From a virus (taxonomy: Duplodnaviria > Caudoviricetes), in the IMG/VR virus record IMGVR_UViG_3300011441_000117, positions 1 through 37,626 of that record: a stretch of DNA of 37,626 nucleotides; one strand, 5' to 3'. The position numbers and the translations under genes were made by a program. Positions within the stretch are counted from its first letter, which is position 1; every line of letters begins with the position of its first letter. Positions 24,678-34,533 of the stretch are shown piece after piece. A model generated the notes under the pieces. That model was not told the DNA's origin. It did no database searches and saw only the letters and a program-made list of their open reading frames with translations.

Positions 24678-27600
24678 TGGCCGGCAACATCTACGACGAC
24701 GCGCTCGAGGAACTGGAGACCGAGCAGGCGCCGCCAGCCGCCAACCCGTTCGACGACACGCTCCGCTTGGACGAGACGGCCGGCAAGCAACGGCTCCGCG
24801 GCGCGATGGTGCAGGCGGCCGAGACAACGCCGGATCGTGCCGCCGATGTGCGCCGATTGTCTGCCCGTACCGGCGTCGCGCCAGAGGCCATCGAACGCGA
24901 CTACGACACGTTCAGCAAGCGCGGCACGGTGGATGCCGTGCCCTATCAACAGATTCAGGCGGAGACGCCGAAGCTCGCCGCATGGCTCGAGAAGCCAGAG
25001 AACGCCAAACTCGCGTCGGACGACATCGAACCGCTGCGGGTGCTGGCGAAGACGCTCGACGTCGGCACCAATGCCCTCCGGGCGCTCGCCGCGGGACCAC
25101 TGGCGCAGTTCACGGTCGGCGCGTGGGATACCGCGGCCACCGCAGCGGAATGGCTCGGCGCGGATTCGCTCGCCGGCTGGTTCACGAAGGCGTCAGTCTC
25201 TGCCGCGCGCGATGCCGAGTATGCCCGCGGCGCGCAAGCCAGAGCCGGGCCGAACGAACGAGCCTTCTACAGCGGGTTCGAGTCGGTCGGCGGCATGGCA
25301 CCGGGCGCGCTCTTGGGGGGGTTGTCGGGGAGCGCGAACGCGATGCTCACCGTCATGGGCATCCAGAGCGGCGGCACGGCCGCGCAGCAGGCGCGTAAAG
25401 GCGGGGCTGGGCTTGTCCAGGCGACCGGGTTCGGCGCGCTGCAGGGCACCGTCGAGGCGTTGACCGAGAAGATTCCGGCGGCGTGGTTCTTCGCGGATCT
25501 GGCGAAGGGCTCGCCGTTCTACAAGATCCTCCTCCATCAACTGGCGTCCGAACTGCCGGGCGAACAGGTCGCGACGCATGTGCAGGACTTCAACGAGTGG
25601 GCCATTCTGCACCCCGATCAATCGCCCAACGCCTACCTTGAGAGCCGGCCCGCCGCGTTCATGCAAACGCTGATCGCGTCGGTGACGATGGTCGGCACGA
25701 TGGCGACGGCCGGCAAGGTCGCGCAGAGTCTCGCGGGTGACGGCGGGCGGGCGAAGCGGGCCGAATTAGATCAGGAGTTTTTCAAGGAACTGGCTTCCGG
25801 CGTGAAGGGTTCGAAGACGTTCGAGCGGTCGCCCGAAGGTGTCCAGGCGCTCGTGGCCGACCTCACCAAAGACGGCCCGATCGCCAACGTCTACGCCCCC
25901 GTCGACACGTTTGAAACCTACTGGCAGGACAAGGAACTAGAGACCCCGCACGGCACGATCAAAGGTGCGGCGGCGATTGCCGGCGAGCTGACAGGGCGGG
26001 CAGATGCGCTGGAGGAGGCGCGTCGGTCGGGAGTAGACCTCGAGATTCCCACCGCGGTCTACGCCGTGCAGCTCGCCGGCACTCCGCATCACGCGTTCAT
26101 GGCAGAGGAGCTTCGGCTCGGCTCCCCCGATCGGATGAATGCGCGGGAACTGACGGCCTTCCGTGAGGCGGAAACGGCCAAGGCGGATGAACCGACCACC
26201 GAGGAACTGCCGGCACCCAACCCGATCCGGCAAGAGATCATCCGGAAGATCCAGGCGGCGGTGGCGGGCACCAAGATCAAACTCCCGCCCGGCGCGATCG
26301 AGGGCTACGCCGACGTGTTCGAAGCGTTGACGGCGACGTTCGAACGGGAGGGGCTGGACCCCGTTGAGACGTTGCAGCGGTATGGGTTGCTCGTCACCGG
26401 GCCGCAGGAGGGCCACCCAACCGCGCCACAGGCCGCAGGAGCCGCGATCGCCAGCCCTGCCCCGGTGGCCCAAGCGTCGCCCCCGGTGCCCCTGAAGGAG
26501 CGCATTGCGGCGCTGCGGGCTGAGCAGGACGCCATCCAGATCGCCAAGCTCAAAACGAACATGCGCGCGGTGACGCGGATGTCCGAGACGGACCCGTTTA
26601 CCGGCCTCGCGAACCTTCGGGCGCTCAACAAGGCCCTCCCGAAAGCCGAAGCGGACCCCGACACGCAGGTCATTGCGTTCGACGCGAACAATTTCGGTCA
26701 CGTCAACAAAACCGAGGGCGACCCGGCGGGCGATGCCGTGATCCTGCAGATCGCAGAGGCCATCCAGCAGGCCGCCAAGCAATTTGGCGTCGGGGAACGG
26801 GTGTTCCGCCGGCGTGAAGGCGGGGATGAGTTTGTCGTGCTGGCACCGAAGGCGCTCGGCGATCAGATCCAGCGGCGGGCGGCGACGATCTTTGGGCGCC
26901 GACCCGTCAAAACAATGGCCGGCGAGACGGTGTTCATCAGCCTGACCGGGACGTCCGGAAACACGTTCACCGAGGCGGACTCGATCCTCCAGGCCGCGAA
27001 GACGGCGGCGAAGGCGCTTGACACGAGCGGACTTAGTGGACAGACTGAGGGCGCTCCAGATGCCGCAGCCGAACCTCTCCCGAGTCGACGAGCTGATCAA
27101 GGCGGGTTGTCCCAAGGGCAGCGCGTTCCGGCAAGCGATCCGGGAACAAACCAGCAAGCCGGCGACAAGCACCTCGCCCGCGTCTTCGACGCCCTCCTCG
27201 CCAGCGCCCGCGCCCTCGACCCCGCAGTAGTCCAAGCCGCGCTCCAGGCGGAATTCGACTATCGGCTCGAGTTGTGGCTCGACCGTCAAACCCTCGAAGT
27301 CGAGAGCGGCCAGAATCAACATCTCATCCTCAAGGCGATCGCCCGACTTGGCGGCATTGCCATCAGCGCGGACACCGCTGGCGAACTCCGCGACCTGCAA
27401 GGGCGGTTCGGCACCGTCGTCGGCGTGCCCAGCGTGCGCGGCGTGTTCCGGACCAAGAACCTTGGCGGATCGGCCAACAAGAAACTCGCCGGGCACGGCA
27501 TCGACGTCATGCTGCAGATGCTGCAGGGCGATCCGCAATTCGCGTATTTGGCATCAATCGACCAACTCCGAGACGTCCTCGATGAAGTCTCCCGACATGG

Positions 27601-30600
27601 CGCGTCCACCGTCTCGAATACGGAACTGCCCGGCACCGAGGAGTTGCGCGACGTCGGCATTCGACAGGACCGCTCGTGGTGGACCGATGCCTGGCGGACC
27701 GTCACCGAGCCAAACGAGAACCCGGACGACCTCACGGCTGACGCCACCGGTGTCGCTGACTTTGACGTCTCGACGCTCGATCAAGTCGTCACGCTATTCC
27801 AGGACGCGCCCGAGGAACCAACTGCGGCCTACGTCGGTGAACAAGAGGACGGCGCGGGTGGGAGCGTGTCGCTCTACACCATCACCGGCGGGCCCCGGCA
27901 TCAGTCGACCGTCACCGAGGAGACGCTCACCGCGCTCGGCATCGCGACCCCGGCCAAGGAACTGGAGCCGGCGCTCCCTGGCATCGAAGGCTTCGGCGGC
28001 ACGGCGGCGGAACTAGGGGAAGTGCCGTTCCGATTGACCGCGCAGATCGTCCAGACGTCGAACGCGCGGAAGTTGCAGCGGACGCTCTTTCAGGAAGAGA
28101 CCCCGCCGGCCAAGAAGAAACTCGGGGGCATCACCGCGCGCAACAAGGGTGACTGGGAGCGCAATGCGTTCTTCGGCCCCGATCTCCAGTTCACGATCAA
28201 GCTGTTCGAGAACGCCGACGTGTCGACGTTCCTCCACGAGAGCGCGCATCTGTTCCTGAAGATCATGACGGACCTGGAAGCGCGCCCGGAGGCGACAGCG
28301 AGCCTGAAGAATGATCTGGCGATCATTCGCACACGCTACGGCCCCGACGGCGTGGAGCAGCACGAGAAGTTCGCGCGAGCGTTCGAGGCGTATCTGCTCG
28401 AAGGCAAAGCGCCGAGCCTCGCCCTCCGGACGGTGTTCGCCAACTTCCGCAAGTGGCTGGGCCGCGTGTATCGCACGTTGAACCGCTTGAACGCGGATCT
28501 GACCGATGACGTGCGCGACGTGTTCGATCGGATGCTCGCCAGCGATGCGGCGATTGCGGAAGCGCAAGCAGCCGTGACGGCGACGCCGATGTTCACGACG
28601 GCGGAATCGGCGCGCATGTCTCAAGAGGAATTCGCCGTCTACCAGGGCCAGATTGCCGACGCCGGGCGCCTCGCGCGCGAGGAACTCGAAGGCAAGTTGC
28701 TCCGCGATCTGCAGCGCCAGCAACGCGCGGACTACAAGGCCGAGAAGCAAGCCATCCGCGAAACGGTGGAGACCGAAGTCTACGCGATGCCGGTGTATCA
28801 AGCCTTGGCCGCCATGCGCAAGGGCACGCGCCCGGACGGCACGCCGCTGGTCGAAGGCGCCGAGAATGAACCGCTGAAGCTCTCGCGCGCGATCATTCGC
28901 GACCGCTACGGGAAGGAACGGCTGGCCGCGCTGCCCAGTTATCCGCCACCGATTCACACCGCCGATGGGGGCATGGACCCGGACACCGTCGCAGAGTTGT
29001 TCGGCTTCGCCAGCGGGGACGCGCTCCTGACGGCGGTGGCGGAAGCCTTGCCGATGCGCGGGTTGATCGAAGCCGAGACGACCAAACGCATGGACGCGCA
29101 GGCGGGCGATCTGATGGTCGAGACGACGCTGTCGGATCTCGCCAAGGCGGCCGTGGCGAATGAACATCGGGAAGCCATCGTCCGGATCGAGATGCAGACG
29201 CTCGGTCGGCTCCGACGGACGGCCCAAGCCGGCGCCGTCAAGGAACGTGACTACGAACGCCGCTGGTTCGAGGCGGAAGCGAAACTGCGGATCGCGATCG
29301 CCGAAGGGCGGAAGCAGAACGACATCACCGCGCTCGAAGCCGAAGTCGCAGACCTGAAAAAGCAAGCCCGCGGCGGCGCGGCCCGCATCAATGCGGCGCT
29401 CCCGAGTGAAGCGGATCTCCGCGACGTCGCCCGTGCGCGCATCGGACGGACCCGCATCAAGGATCTCAAGCCGATGCTGTTCTGGACGGCGGCACGGCGA
29501 GCCGGCGAGCAAGCGACCGCCCACGCGGCCCGGCAGGACTTCGACAAGGCGCTGGGCGCCAAGCAGCAGGAACTCGTCAGCCTGGCACTCTACCGCGAAG
29601 CGACGCGCGTGGTGGAGGACGTCGAGGCCCGTGTGAAGGCGGCGCAGAAGCTCGATCAGCCGTCCTCACGGCAGCGGATCGGCCTCGCCGGCGCGAGCTA
29701 CCAGGATCAGATCGACGCCATCCTCGACCGCTACGAGTTCGCGTCCATCTCCGGGAAGGCGCTCCGTAAGCGCCTCGCGATGCGCGCGTGGATCGTGGAA
29801 CTGGAAAAAGACGGCATGGCGCCCGACTTCCCCGAGGCCATGATCGACGACGCCCGGCAGGTGCATCACAAGGAGTTGACCGTTGACGAGTTGACCGACG
29901 TCAGCGACACGCTGAAATCGATCGTGCATCTGGCGCAGTTGAAAAACCGGCTGTTGGCGAACCTCGACGAACGGGAGTTTGCCGTCGAGCGCGACAAGCT
30001 CGTCACGTCGATTCGGGAGCACAACGAAGCCCGGCCGGTGCCGCTCGAATTCCGGCCGGCCGACGATCGCCGCCGGAGCTTCGGCGAATGGTTCGCCTCG
30101 CACGCGCGGATTGGCACCCTGGCGCAAGTCATGGACGGCCCTGGTGACGGCGGGGCCGCGTGGTCGGCGATCGTACGACCGATCAATACCGCGGCCGATG
30201 CCAAGCAGTCCCGCAACGCCGCGGAGGGGACGGCCTACGCCGCGATCATGGCGAAGCACTATCCCGGCCGCGAGCTCGGGCGCTGGCATGAGCAGATGCA
30301 CATTCCCGCCATCGGCGCCAGCTTGTCAAAGGAAGCCCGCCTCGCCGTCGCCCTGAATTCCGGCAACCAGACGAGCCGCGATCGGCTCGTGAACGACCCG
30401 CGCCGCAAGTGGAACCAGCAGCAGGTTGACGCCATCCTCGCGACGCTCGACGCGCGCGATTGGGCCTATGTCGTTGACACGTGGCGCTTCCTCGATCGGT
30501 TCTGGCCGGAGATTGCCGCGAAGACCAAGCGGCTGACCGGCGTCGAACCGGAGCGTGTCGAAGGCATCCCGGTCCTGACGAAGTTCGGCACGTTCCAGGG

Positions 30601-32047
30601 CGGCTATTACCCGCTCGCCTACGACGCGCGGATGAATATTCAATCGCAGCAGCACGAAGCGGTCACGGAGGCCAAGCTGCAAACCTCGGCGGCCTACGTC
30701 CGCACGACGACGCGCCGGGGACACCTCGAGGCCCGCGTCCAGAATGTGAAGCTCTCCGTCCGGCTCGACCTCGGGGTGATGTTCGCGCACTTGGAGCAGG
30801 TCATTCATGACCTGACGCACCACGAGATGCTAATCGACGTGACGCGGCTGCTGCGCGATCCGGCCGTGTCGAATGCGATCCTCGAAACCAAGGGCGACGT
30901 CGTTTACAAGCAGTTCACTAAGGCGCTTGAAGCGATCGCGGAAGGCAAACTTGATCCGGGCAAGAGTGGTGAGAATTGGGCCACGTTCGCGCGCACGAGC
31001 ACGCAGATCGCCTTGCTCGGGTTCAACTTCTGGACCGGCGTGCAGCAGCCGCTCGGGCTGTTCAATGGGATGGAGCGTGTCGGCGCGAAGTGGGTCGCGC
31101 GCGGGCTCGGGCGCTGGTTGAAAGATGCCGCCACGATGCAGAAGACGACGACGTGGATCGATAGCGTCAGTCCGTTCATGGCTGAGCGGGGTTCGACGGC
31201 GACGCAGGATCTCGCAGACTTGCGGGGCCAAATGCGGACCTCTGGCGGCTGGTTCGATACGCTGGTCAGAACCGTCACGCTCGATACCGTCACGCAGCAG
31301 CACGTCCTCGATTCCTTTCTCTGGCATATCGGGGTGATGCAGCGCGTCGCCGATGTGCCGACGTGGTTGGGTCAGTACGAAAAGTCGATGGCCGCTGGCG
31401 AACCAGAGGCGCGCGCGATCAGCCTGGCCGATCAAGCGGTGATCGATTCCCAAGGCTCTGGCCGGATCTCCGACCTCGCTCAAAAGCAACGAGGCGGCCC
31501 GATCGCCAAACTGTTCCTCATGTTCTACAGCTACGGCTCGGCGACCTACAACGCGACCTATCGCCGCGCCGGGCAAACCGACTTCAAAAGCCCGACGCAG
31601 GTCACGCGGTTTCTCGCGGCCATCTCACTGATCTACCTCGTCCCGTCAATGGCGAGTGTGGCTTTGAGTCGCGTGTTCGGTAAATCCGGCGACGATGATG
31701 ACGACGACGATTGGCAGGAATACATCGCGGACGTGGGCCGCGAAACGCTGGCGTCGGCCTTGAACGGCATGGTGGCGGTTCGCGAACTGTCCCAAATTGC
31801 GGCTGACGGGACGCGCGGGTATGCCGGGCCGGCTGGCACACGTGTGGCGCAGATGCTGCTTCAACTCGCCGGGCAGGCGAAACAGGGCGAACTTGACGAG
31901 GCGCTAGCGAAGGCGCTTTTGCAGGTTGGTGGGGTGTTCGCCCGTTTCCCGACCGCGCAGTTGCAACGCACCTATGACGGCTGGGCGGCCTTACAGGCGG
32001 ACGAGACGGACAACCCGGCGGCGCTGCTCGTTGGACCGCCGCGATGA
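24677..32047 (+). CDS. Large internal virion/ejection protein (gp16-like, polyvalent) with GGDEF and HExxH metallopeptidase-like domains
   Basis: 2456 aa, third ejection-gene position. GGDEF domain at ~26570-27020 (DPFTGLAN...FDANNF..VN...G...GD...GGDEF...ADSILQAAK). STFLHESAH...EQHEKFAR.FE.YL.EGKAP at ~28225-28415. C-terminal GGYYPL.YD, DSQGSG and LF.MFYSY motifs as in BPP-1-type large structural proteins. Confidence 0.88.
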   Translation: MAGNIYDDALEELETEQAPPAANPFDDTLRLDETAGKQRLRGAMVQAAETTPDRAADVRRLSARTGVAPEAIERDYDTFSKRGTVDAVPYQQIQAETPKLAAWLEKPENAKLASDDIEPLRVLAKTLDVGTNALRALAAGPLAQFTVGAWDTAATAAEWLGADSLAGWFTKASVSAARDAEYARGAQARAGPNERAFYSGFESVGGMAPGALLGGLSGSANAMLTVMGIQSGGTAAQQARKGGAGLVQATGFGALQGTVEALTEKIPAAWFFADLAKGSPFYKILLHQLASELPGEQVATHVQDFNEWAILHPDQSPNAYLESRPAAFMQTLIASVTMVGTMATAGKVAQSLAGDGGRAKRAELDQEFFKELASGVKGSKTFERSPEGVQALVADLTKDGPIANVYAPVDTFETYWQDKELETPHGTIKGAAAIAGELTGRADALEEARRSGVDLEIPTAVYAVQLAGTPHHAFMAEELRLGSPDRMNARELTAFREAETAKADEPTTEELPAPNPIRQEIIRKIQAAVAGTKIKLPPGAIEGYADVFEALTATFEREGLDPVETLQRYGLLVTGPQEGHPTAPQAAGAAIASPAPVAQASPPVPLKERIAALRAEQDAIQIAKLKTNMRAVTRMSETDPFTGLANLRALNKALPKAEADPDTQVIAFDANNFGHVNKTEGDPAGDAVILQIAEAIQQAAKQFGVGERVFRRREGGDEFVVLAPKALGDQIQRRAATIFGRRPVKTMAGETVFISLTGTSGNTFTEADSILQAAKTAAKALDTSGLSGQTEGAPDAAAEPLPSRRADQGGLSQGQRVPASDPGTNQQAGDKHLARVFDALLASARALDPAVVQAALQAEFDYRLELWLDRQTLEVESGQNQHLILKAIARLGGIAISADTAGELRDLQGRFGTVVGVPSVRGVFRTKNLGGSANKKLAGHGIDVMLQMLQGDPQFAYLASIDQLRDVLDEVSRHGASTVSNTELPGTEELRDVGIRQDRSWWTDAWRTVTEPNENPDDLTADATGVADFDVSTLDQVVTLFQDAPEEPTAAYVGEQEDGAGGSVSLYTITGGPRHQSTVTEETLTALGIATPAKELEPALPGIEGFGGTAAELGEVPFRLTAQIVQTSNARKLQRTLFQEETPPAKKKLGGITARNKGDWERNAFFGPDLQFTIKLFENADVSTFLHESAHLFLKIMTDLEARPEATASLKNDLAIIRTRYGPDGVEQHEKFARAFEAYLLEGKAPSLALRTVFANFRKWLGRVYRTLNRLNADLTDDVRDVFDRMLASDAAIAEAQAAVTATPMFTTAESARMSQEEFAVYQGQIADAGRLAREELEGKLLRDLQRQQRADYKAEKQAIRETVETEVYAMPVYQALAAMRKGTRPDGTPLVEGAENEPLKLSRAIIRDRYGKERLAALPSYPPPIHTADGGMDPDTVAELFGFASGDALLTAVAEALPMRGLIEAETTKRMDAQAGDLMVETTLSDLAKAAVANEHREAIVRIEMQTLGRLRRTAQAGAVKERDYERRWFEAEAKLRIAIAEGRKQNDITALEAEVADLKKQARGGAARINAALPSEADLRDVARARIGRTRIKDLKPMLFWTAARRAGEQATAHAARQDFDKALGAKQQELVSLALYREATRVVEDVEARVKAAQKLDQPSSRQRIGLAGASYQDQIDAILDRYEFASISGKALRKRLAMRAWIVELEKDGMAPDFPEAMIDDARQVHHKELTVDELTDVSDTLKSIVHLAQLKNRLLANLDEREFAVERDKLVTSIREHNEARPVPLEFRPADDRRRSFGEWFASHARIGTLAQVMDGPGDGGAAWSAIVRPINTAADAKQSRNAAEGTAYAAIMAKHYPGRELGRWHEQMHIPAIGASLSKEARLAVALNSGNQTSRDRLVNDPRRKWNQQQVDAILATLDARDWAYVVDTWRFLDRFWPEIAAKTKRLTGVEPERVEGIPVLTKFGTFQGGYYPLAYDARMNIQSQQHEAVTEAKLQTSAAYVRTTTRRGHLEARVQNVKLSVRLDLGVMFAHLEQVIHDLTHHEMLIDVTRLLRDPAVSNAILETKGDVVYKQFTKALEAIAEGKLDPGKSGENWATFARTSTQIALLGFNFWTGVQQPLGLFNGMERVGAKWVARGLGRWLKDAATMQKTTTWIDSVSPFMAERGSTATQDLADLRGQMRTSGGWFDTLVRTVTLDTVTQQHVLDSFLWHIGVMQRVADVPTWLGQYEKSMAAGEPEARAISLADQAVIDSQGSGRISDLAQKQRGGPIAKLFLMFYSYGSATYNATYRRAGQTDFKSPTQVTRFLAAISLIYLVPSMASVALSRVFGKSGDDDDDDDWQEYIADVGRETLASALNGMVAVRELSQIAADGTRGYAGPAGTRVAQMLLQLAGQAKQGELDEALAKALLQVGGVFARFPTAQLQRTYDGWAALQADETDNPAALLVGPPR

Positions 32048-32667
32048 TGAAACGCGGCCAGCACGTCATGGCCCCGGCGATCGGCAGCGTGGCGATGAAG
32101 CGCGGCCGAACCGGGAAGGTCACGGCCGAGTCGCCGCTCCGGCAGCAGGACGGCACGGCGGCGACGGGCTTGGGCGCCGCTGGGGCGACTGGACCGGCGG
32201 GGCCAGCGGGACCGACCGGGCCCACAGGGCCAACCGGGCCAGCCGGGGCCGATGGGGCCGATGGGGCCGCTGGGGCGACCGGCGCGACGGGCGCAGCGGG
32301 GGCGACCGGCCCGCCCGGCGTGACGCATCGGTCGTTCGGCGGCAGTCTGACTGAGTGGGTGCAGGACGCCACGCCGACCTGGACGCCCGCCAACGGGCGA
32401 CAGGTCAGCATCGACGGCGGGGCGGGCGGCGGGGCACTCACGTTGACGGTGCGTATCCGGGCGGCGAGCGGCACGGTGACGGCGCGACTACGGGACGTCA
32501 CCAACAACGTGACAGCCGGCACGAGTGGGGCGGTGGCGGCGCCGAACTACGGCACCGAAGTGATCGCGGTGACGCTCTCGGCGGGCGTGGCGGTCTACGA
32601 GGTGCAGCTCCTGCCGAGCGTCGCCGACGAGGACGTCAACCTCGGCTCGGCGTACATGGTGGGGTAA
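32044..32667 (+). CDS. Collagen-like (Gly-X-Y) fibre/whisker protein
   Basis: 16 consecutive G-X-Y triplets (~32173-32320) followed by a beta-rich C-terminal domain. Confidence 0.85.
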   Translation: MMKRGQHVMAPAIGSVAMKRGRTGKVTAESPLRQQDGTAATGLGAAGATGPAGPAGPTGPTGPTGPAGADGADGAAGATGATGAAGATGPPGVTHRSFGGSLTEWVQDATPTWTPANGRQVSIDGGAGGGALTLTVRIRAASGTVTARLRDVTNNVTAGTSGAVAAPNYGTEVIAVTLSAGVAVYEVQLLPSVADEDVNLGSAYMVG

Positions 32668-32668
32668 C

Positions 32669-34528
32669 GTGATGATGACACGACTCTCGCTCCTGCTCGG
32701 TGTGGTGATCGTGATCGGGTGCGCCTCGGCCTCGGCGCAGACGGTCGCGGCGGACCGGTTCCGGTTCAACACCGGGCCGTGCATGATTCGCAGCGGCAGC
32801 GGCTCGCCGGAAGGCGTGCAGGTCGGGAATGTGTGCGACCAGTGGCACAGAACTGACAGCCCTTACGGCGTGTACACGAAGCGCAGCGCGAGCGGCACGA
32901 GCACGGGGTGGTTGCTGCCCGCGTCCACCGATCTCACGGATACGACGAACCTGGCGCGGCTGGACGCGACGAACACTTTCAGTGCGACCCAAGACATCAC
33001 CGCGACGGCTAATACCGTTGGGGCGTTAGCAGCATTTAACAGTGGTGTTGGCAATGGCACGGCTGGCGTCCAGGGCATCGCCGATGCGAGCACGGCTGCC
33101 GGTGTCTCTGGTTCAAGTGTCAACGGCAGTGGAGTAAAAGGAACCAGCGCTAGTGGGTACGGCGTCGAAGGAGCTAGTACGTCAGGGTGGGATTTCTACG
33201 GAAACGGGCTGAAGACGTTTTTTTCAGGGAACGTCGGCATCGGGACTGAGACGGGGCTCTCCAAGCTCTCCATCAACGGCGGCCTGCACGTCGGCGGCGA
33301 CTCCGACGCAGGCGACAACAACGCGATCATCGACGGCACGCTCGGCGTGACGGGCGTGACGACGCTCACCGGCCTGCTGAACGCCAACGGCGGCATCGCG
33401 GTGGACACGAGCAACTTCACCGTGAGCGGGACGACCGGAGCGGTTGGACTCGGCAATCAGGCGACGGTGCAGTGGAACGCCAGCGCCGCGCAGAACGGTT
33501 ACGCCTTTCTTGGCACGACTGAAACAAGCACCGGCACTGGATCGATGATGCTCCAAGCAGGCGCTGGTAGCGGCAGCTCTGGCGGCGGTCTTACCTTATT
33601 CGGGCAGGCTCACGCGACCAGGATCGGGTCAGTGGTGGCGGGCATTGGGCTTGGATCTGGCGGGAGATTCGCCGTCAACACCACGGGGATAGCTGGCGCT
33701 ATCGGCACGGACATCTTCACAGTCCTGTCGGGCGGCAACGTCGGCATCGGGACGACTGCGCCGCAGGCACTGCTCGTGGTGTCCAACGTCGGCGCGGCCG
33801 GGATCGAGTTCGCCCCGGCGTCCGGTTCGATCTTTGGCTACAACCGCTCGACGGTCGCCTACGCGCCCCTCGTGATGAACGGCTCGACCCTGTCCTTCGG
33901 CATCGCAGGCTCTGCCAGGCTGACCATCGACGCCAGCGGCAATGTTGACGTCCCGAACGGCCCGATCCGCGCCAACACGACCGGAATAGTCGTCTCCAGC
34001 TTCGGCAACGGCCTGAACATCGGGACCTGGGACTCGGTCGGCTACCTCGCCTCATCCGGCAACTACCTGGCGCTCGGCGGCTACCGCGCCAGCCAGTGGA
34101 CCGGGGTGGAGTTCTACGGAGCGGCCGCCAAAACGGCCACCATCGACGCCACCGGCCTGGGGGTCAACGTCGTGCCGACCCGCCGCCTTCACATCGCCGG
34201 CACGACCATTACGCAGTTCATCGCCGCGCAGACGACGCCGCCGACCTGCGGCACCAACTGCGGCACGTCGCCCTCGATCACCGGCAGCGACACGTTCATG
34301 ACGGTCACGCTCGGGACGACGCCCGCCTCCGGGTTCGTCATCACGTTCTCGGGCGCGTGGCCCGCCGCCCCGGCCTGTGTCGGCGCGATGGCGACGACGG
34401 GCATGGTCGTCGGCAAACTCCCGCTGACGATCGTCACGACGACGACGACGATCACGGTCGTCACGAACGGCACGGCCCCTAGCACCGGCAACAAGTATCA
34501 CTTTCACTGCGGCGGCCCGACGGGCTGA
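32669..34528 (+). CDS. Tail-fibre-like Gly/Thr/Ser-rich beta protein with N-terminal signal peptide
   Basis: GNVGIGT repeats, G.GV.G.S repeats, ARLTIDASGNV. The N-terminus MTRLSLLLGVVIVIGCASASAQ looks like a Sec signal or lipobox. Confidence 0.75.
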   Translation: MMMTRLSLLLGVVIVIGCASASAQTVAADRFRFNTGPCMIRSGSGSPEGVQVGNVCDQWHRTDSPYGVYTKRSASGTSTGWLLPASTDLTDTTNLARLDATNTFSATQDITATANTVGALAAFNSGVGNGTAGVQGIADASTAAGVSGSSVNGSGVKGTSASGYGVEGASTSGWDFYGNGLKTFFSGNVGIGTETGLSKLSINGGLHVGGDSDAGDNNAIIDGTLGVTGVTTLTGLLNANGGIAVDTSNFTVSGTTGAVGLGNQATVQWNASAAQNGYAFLGTTETSTGTGSMMLQAGAGSGSSGGGLTLFGQAHATRIGSVVAGIGLGSGGRFAVNTTGIAGAIGTDIFTVLSGGNVGIGTTAPQALLVVSNVGAAGIEFAPASGSIFGYNRSTVAYAPLVMNGSTLSFGIAGSARLTIDASGNVDVPNGPIRANTTGIVVSSFGNGLNIGTWDSVGYLASSGNYLALGGYRASQWTGVEFYGAAAKTATIDATGLGVNVVPTRRLHIAGTTITQFIAAQTTPPTCGTNCGTSPSITGSDTFMTVTLGTTPASGFVITFSGAWPAAPACVGAMATTGMVVGKLPLTIVTTTTTITVVTNGTAPSTGNKYHFHCGGPTG

Positions 34529-34533
34529 GAAGG

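Noticed and set aside
26690-26745. Hypr-type GGDEF (cGAMP synthase)
   Set aside because: The guanine-specifying Asp (AGDAV) is retained rather than replaced by Ser/Thr, so there is no sequence support, although the product should still be tested.
10872-29524. Long minus-strand ORFs (e.g. 10872..12377, 22905..24461, 25937..27538, 28013..29524)
   Set aside because: Antisense shadows of high-GC coding genes; no recognisable motifs.
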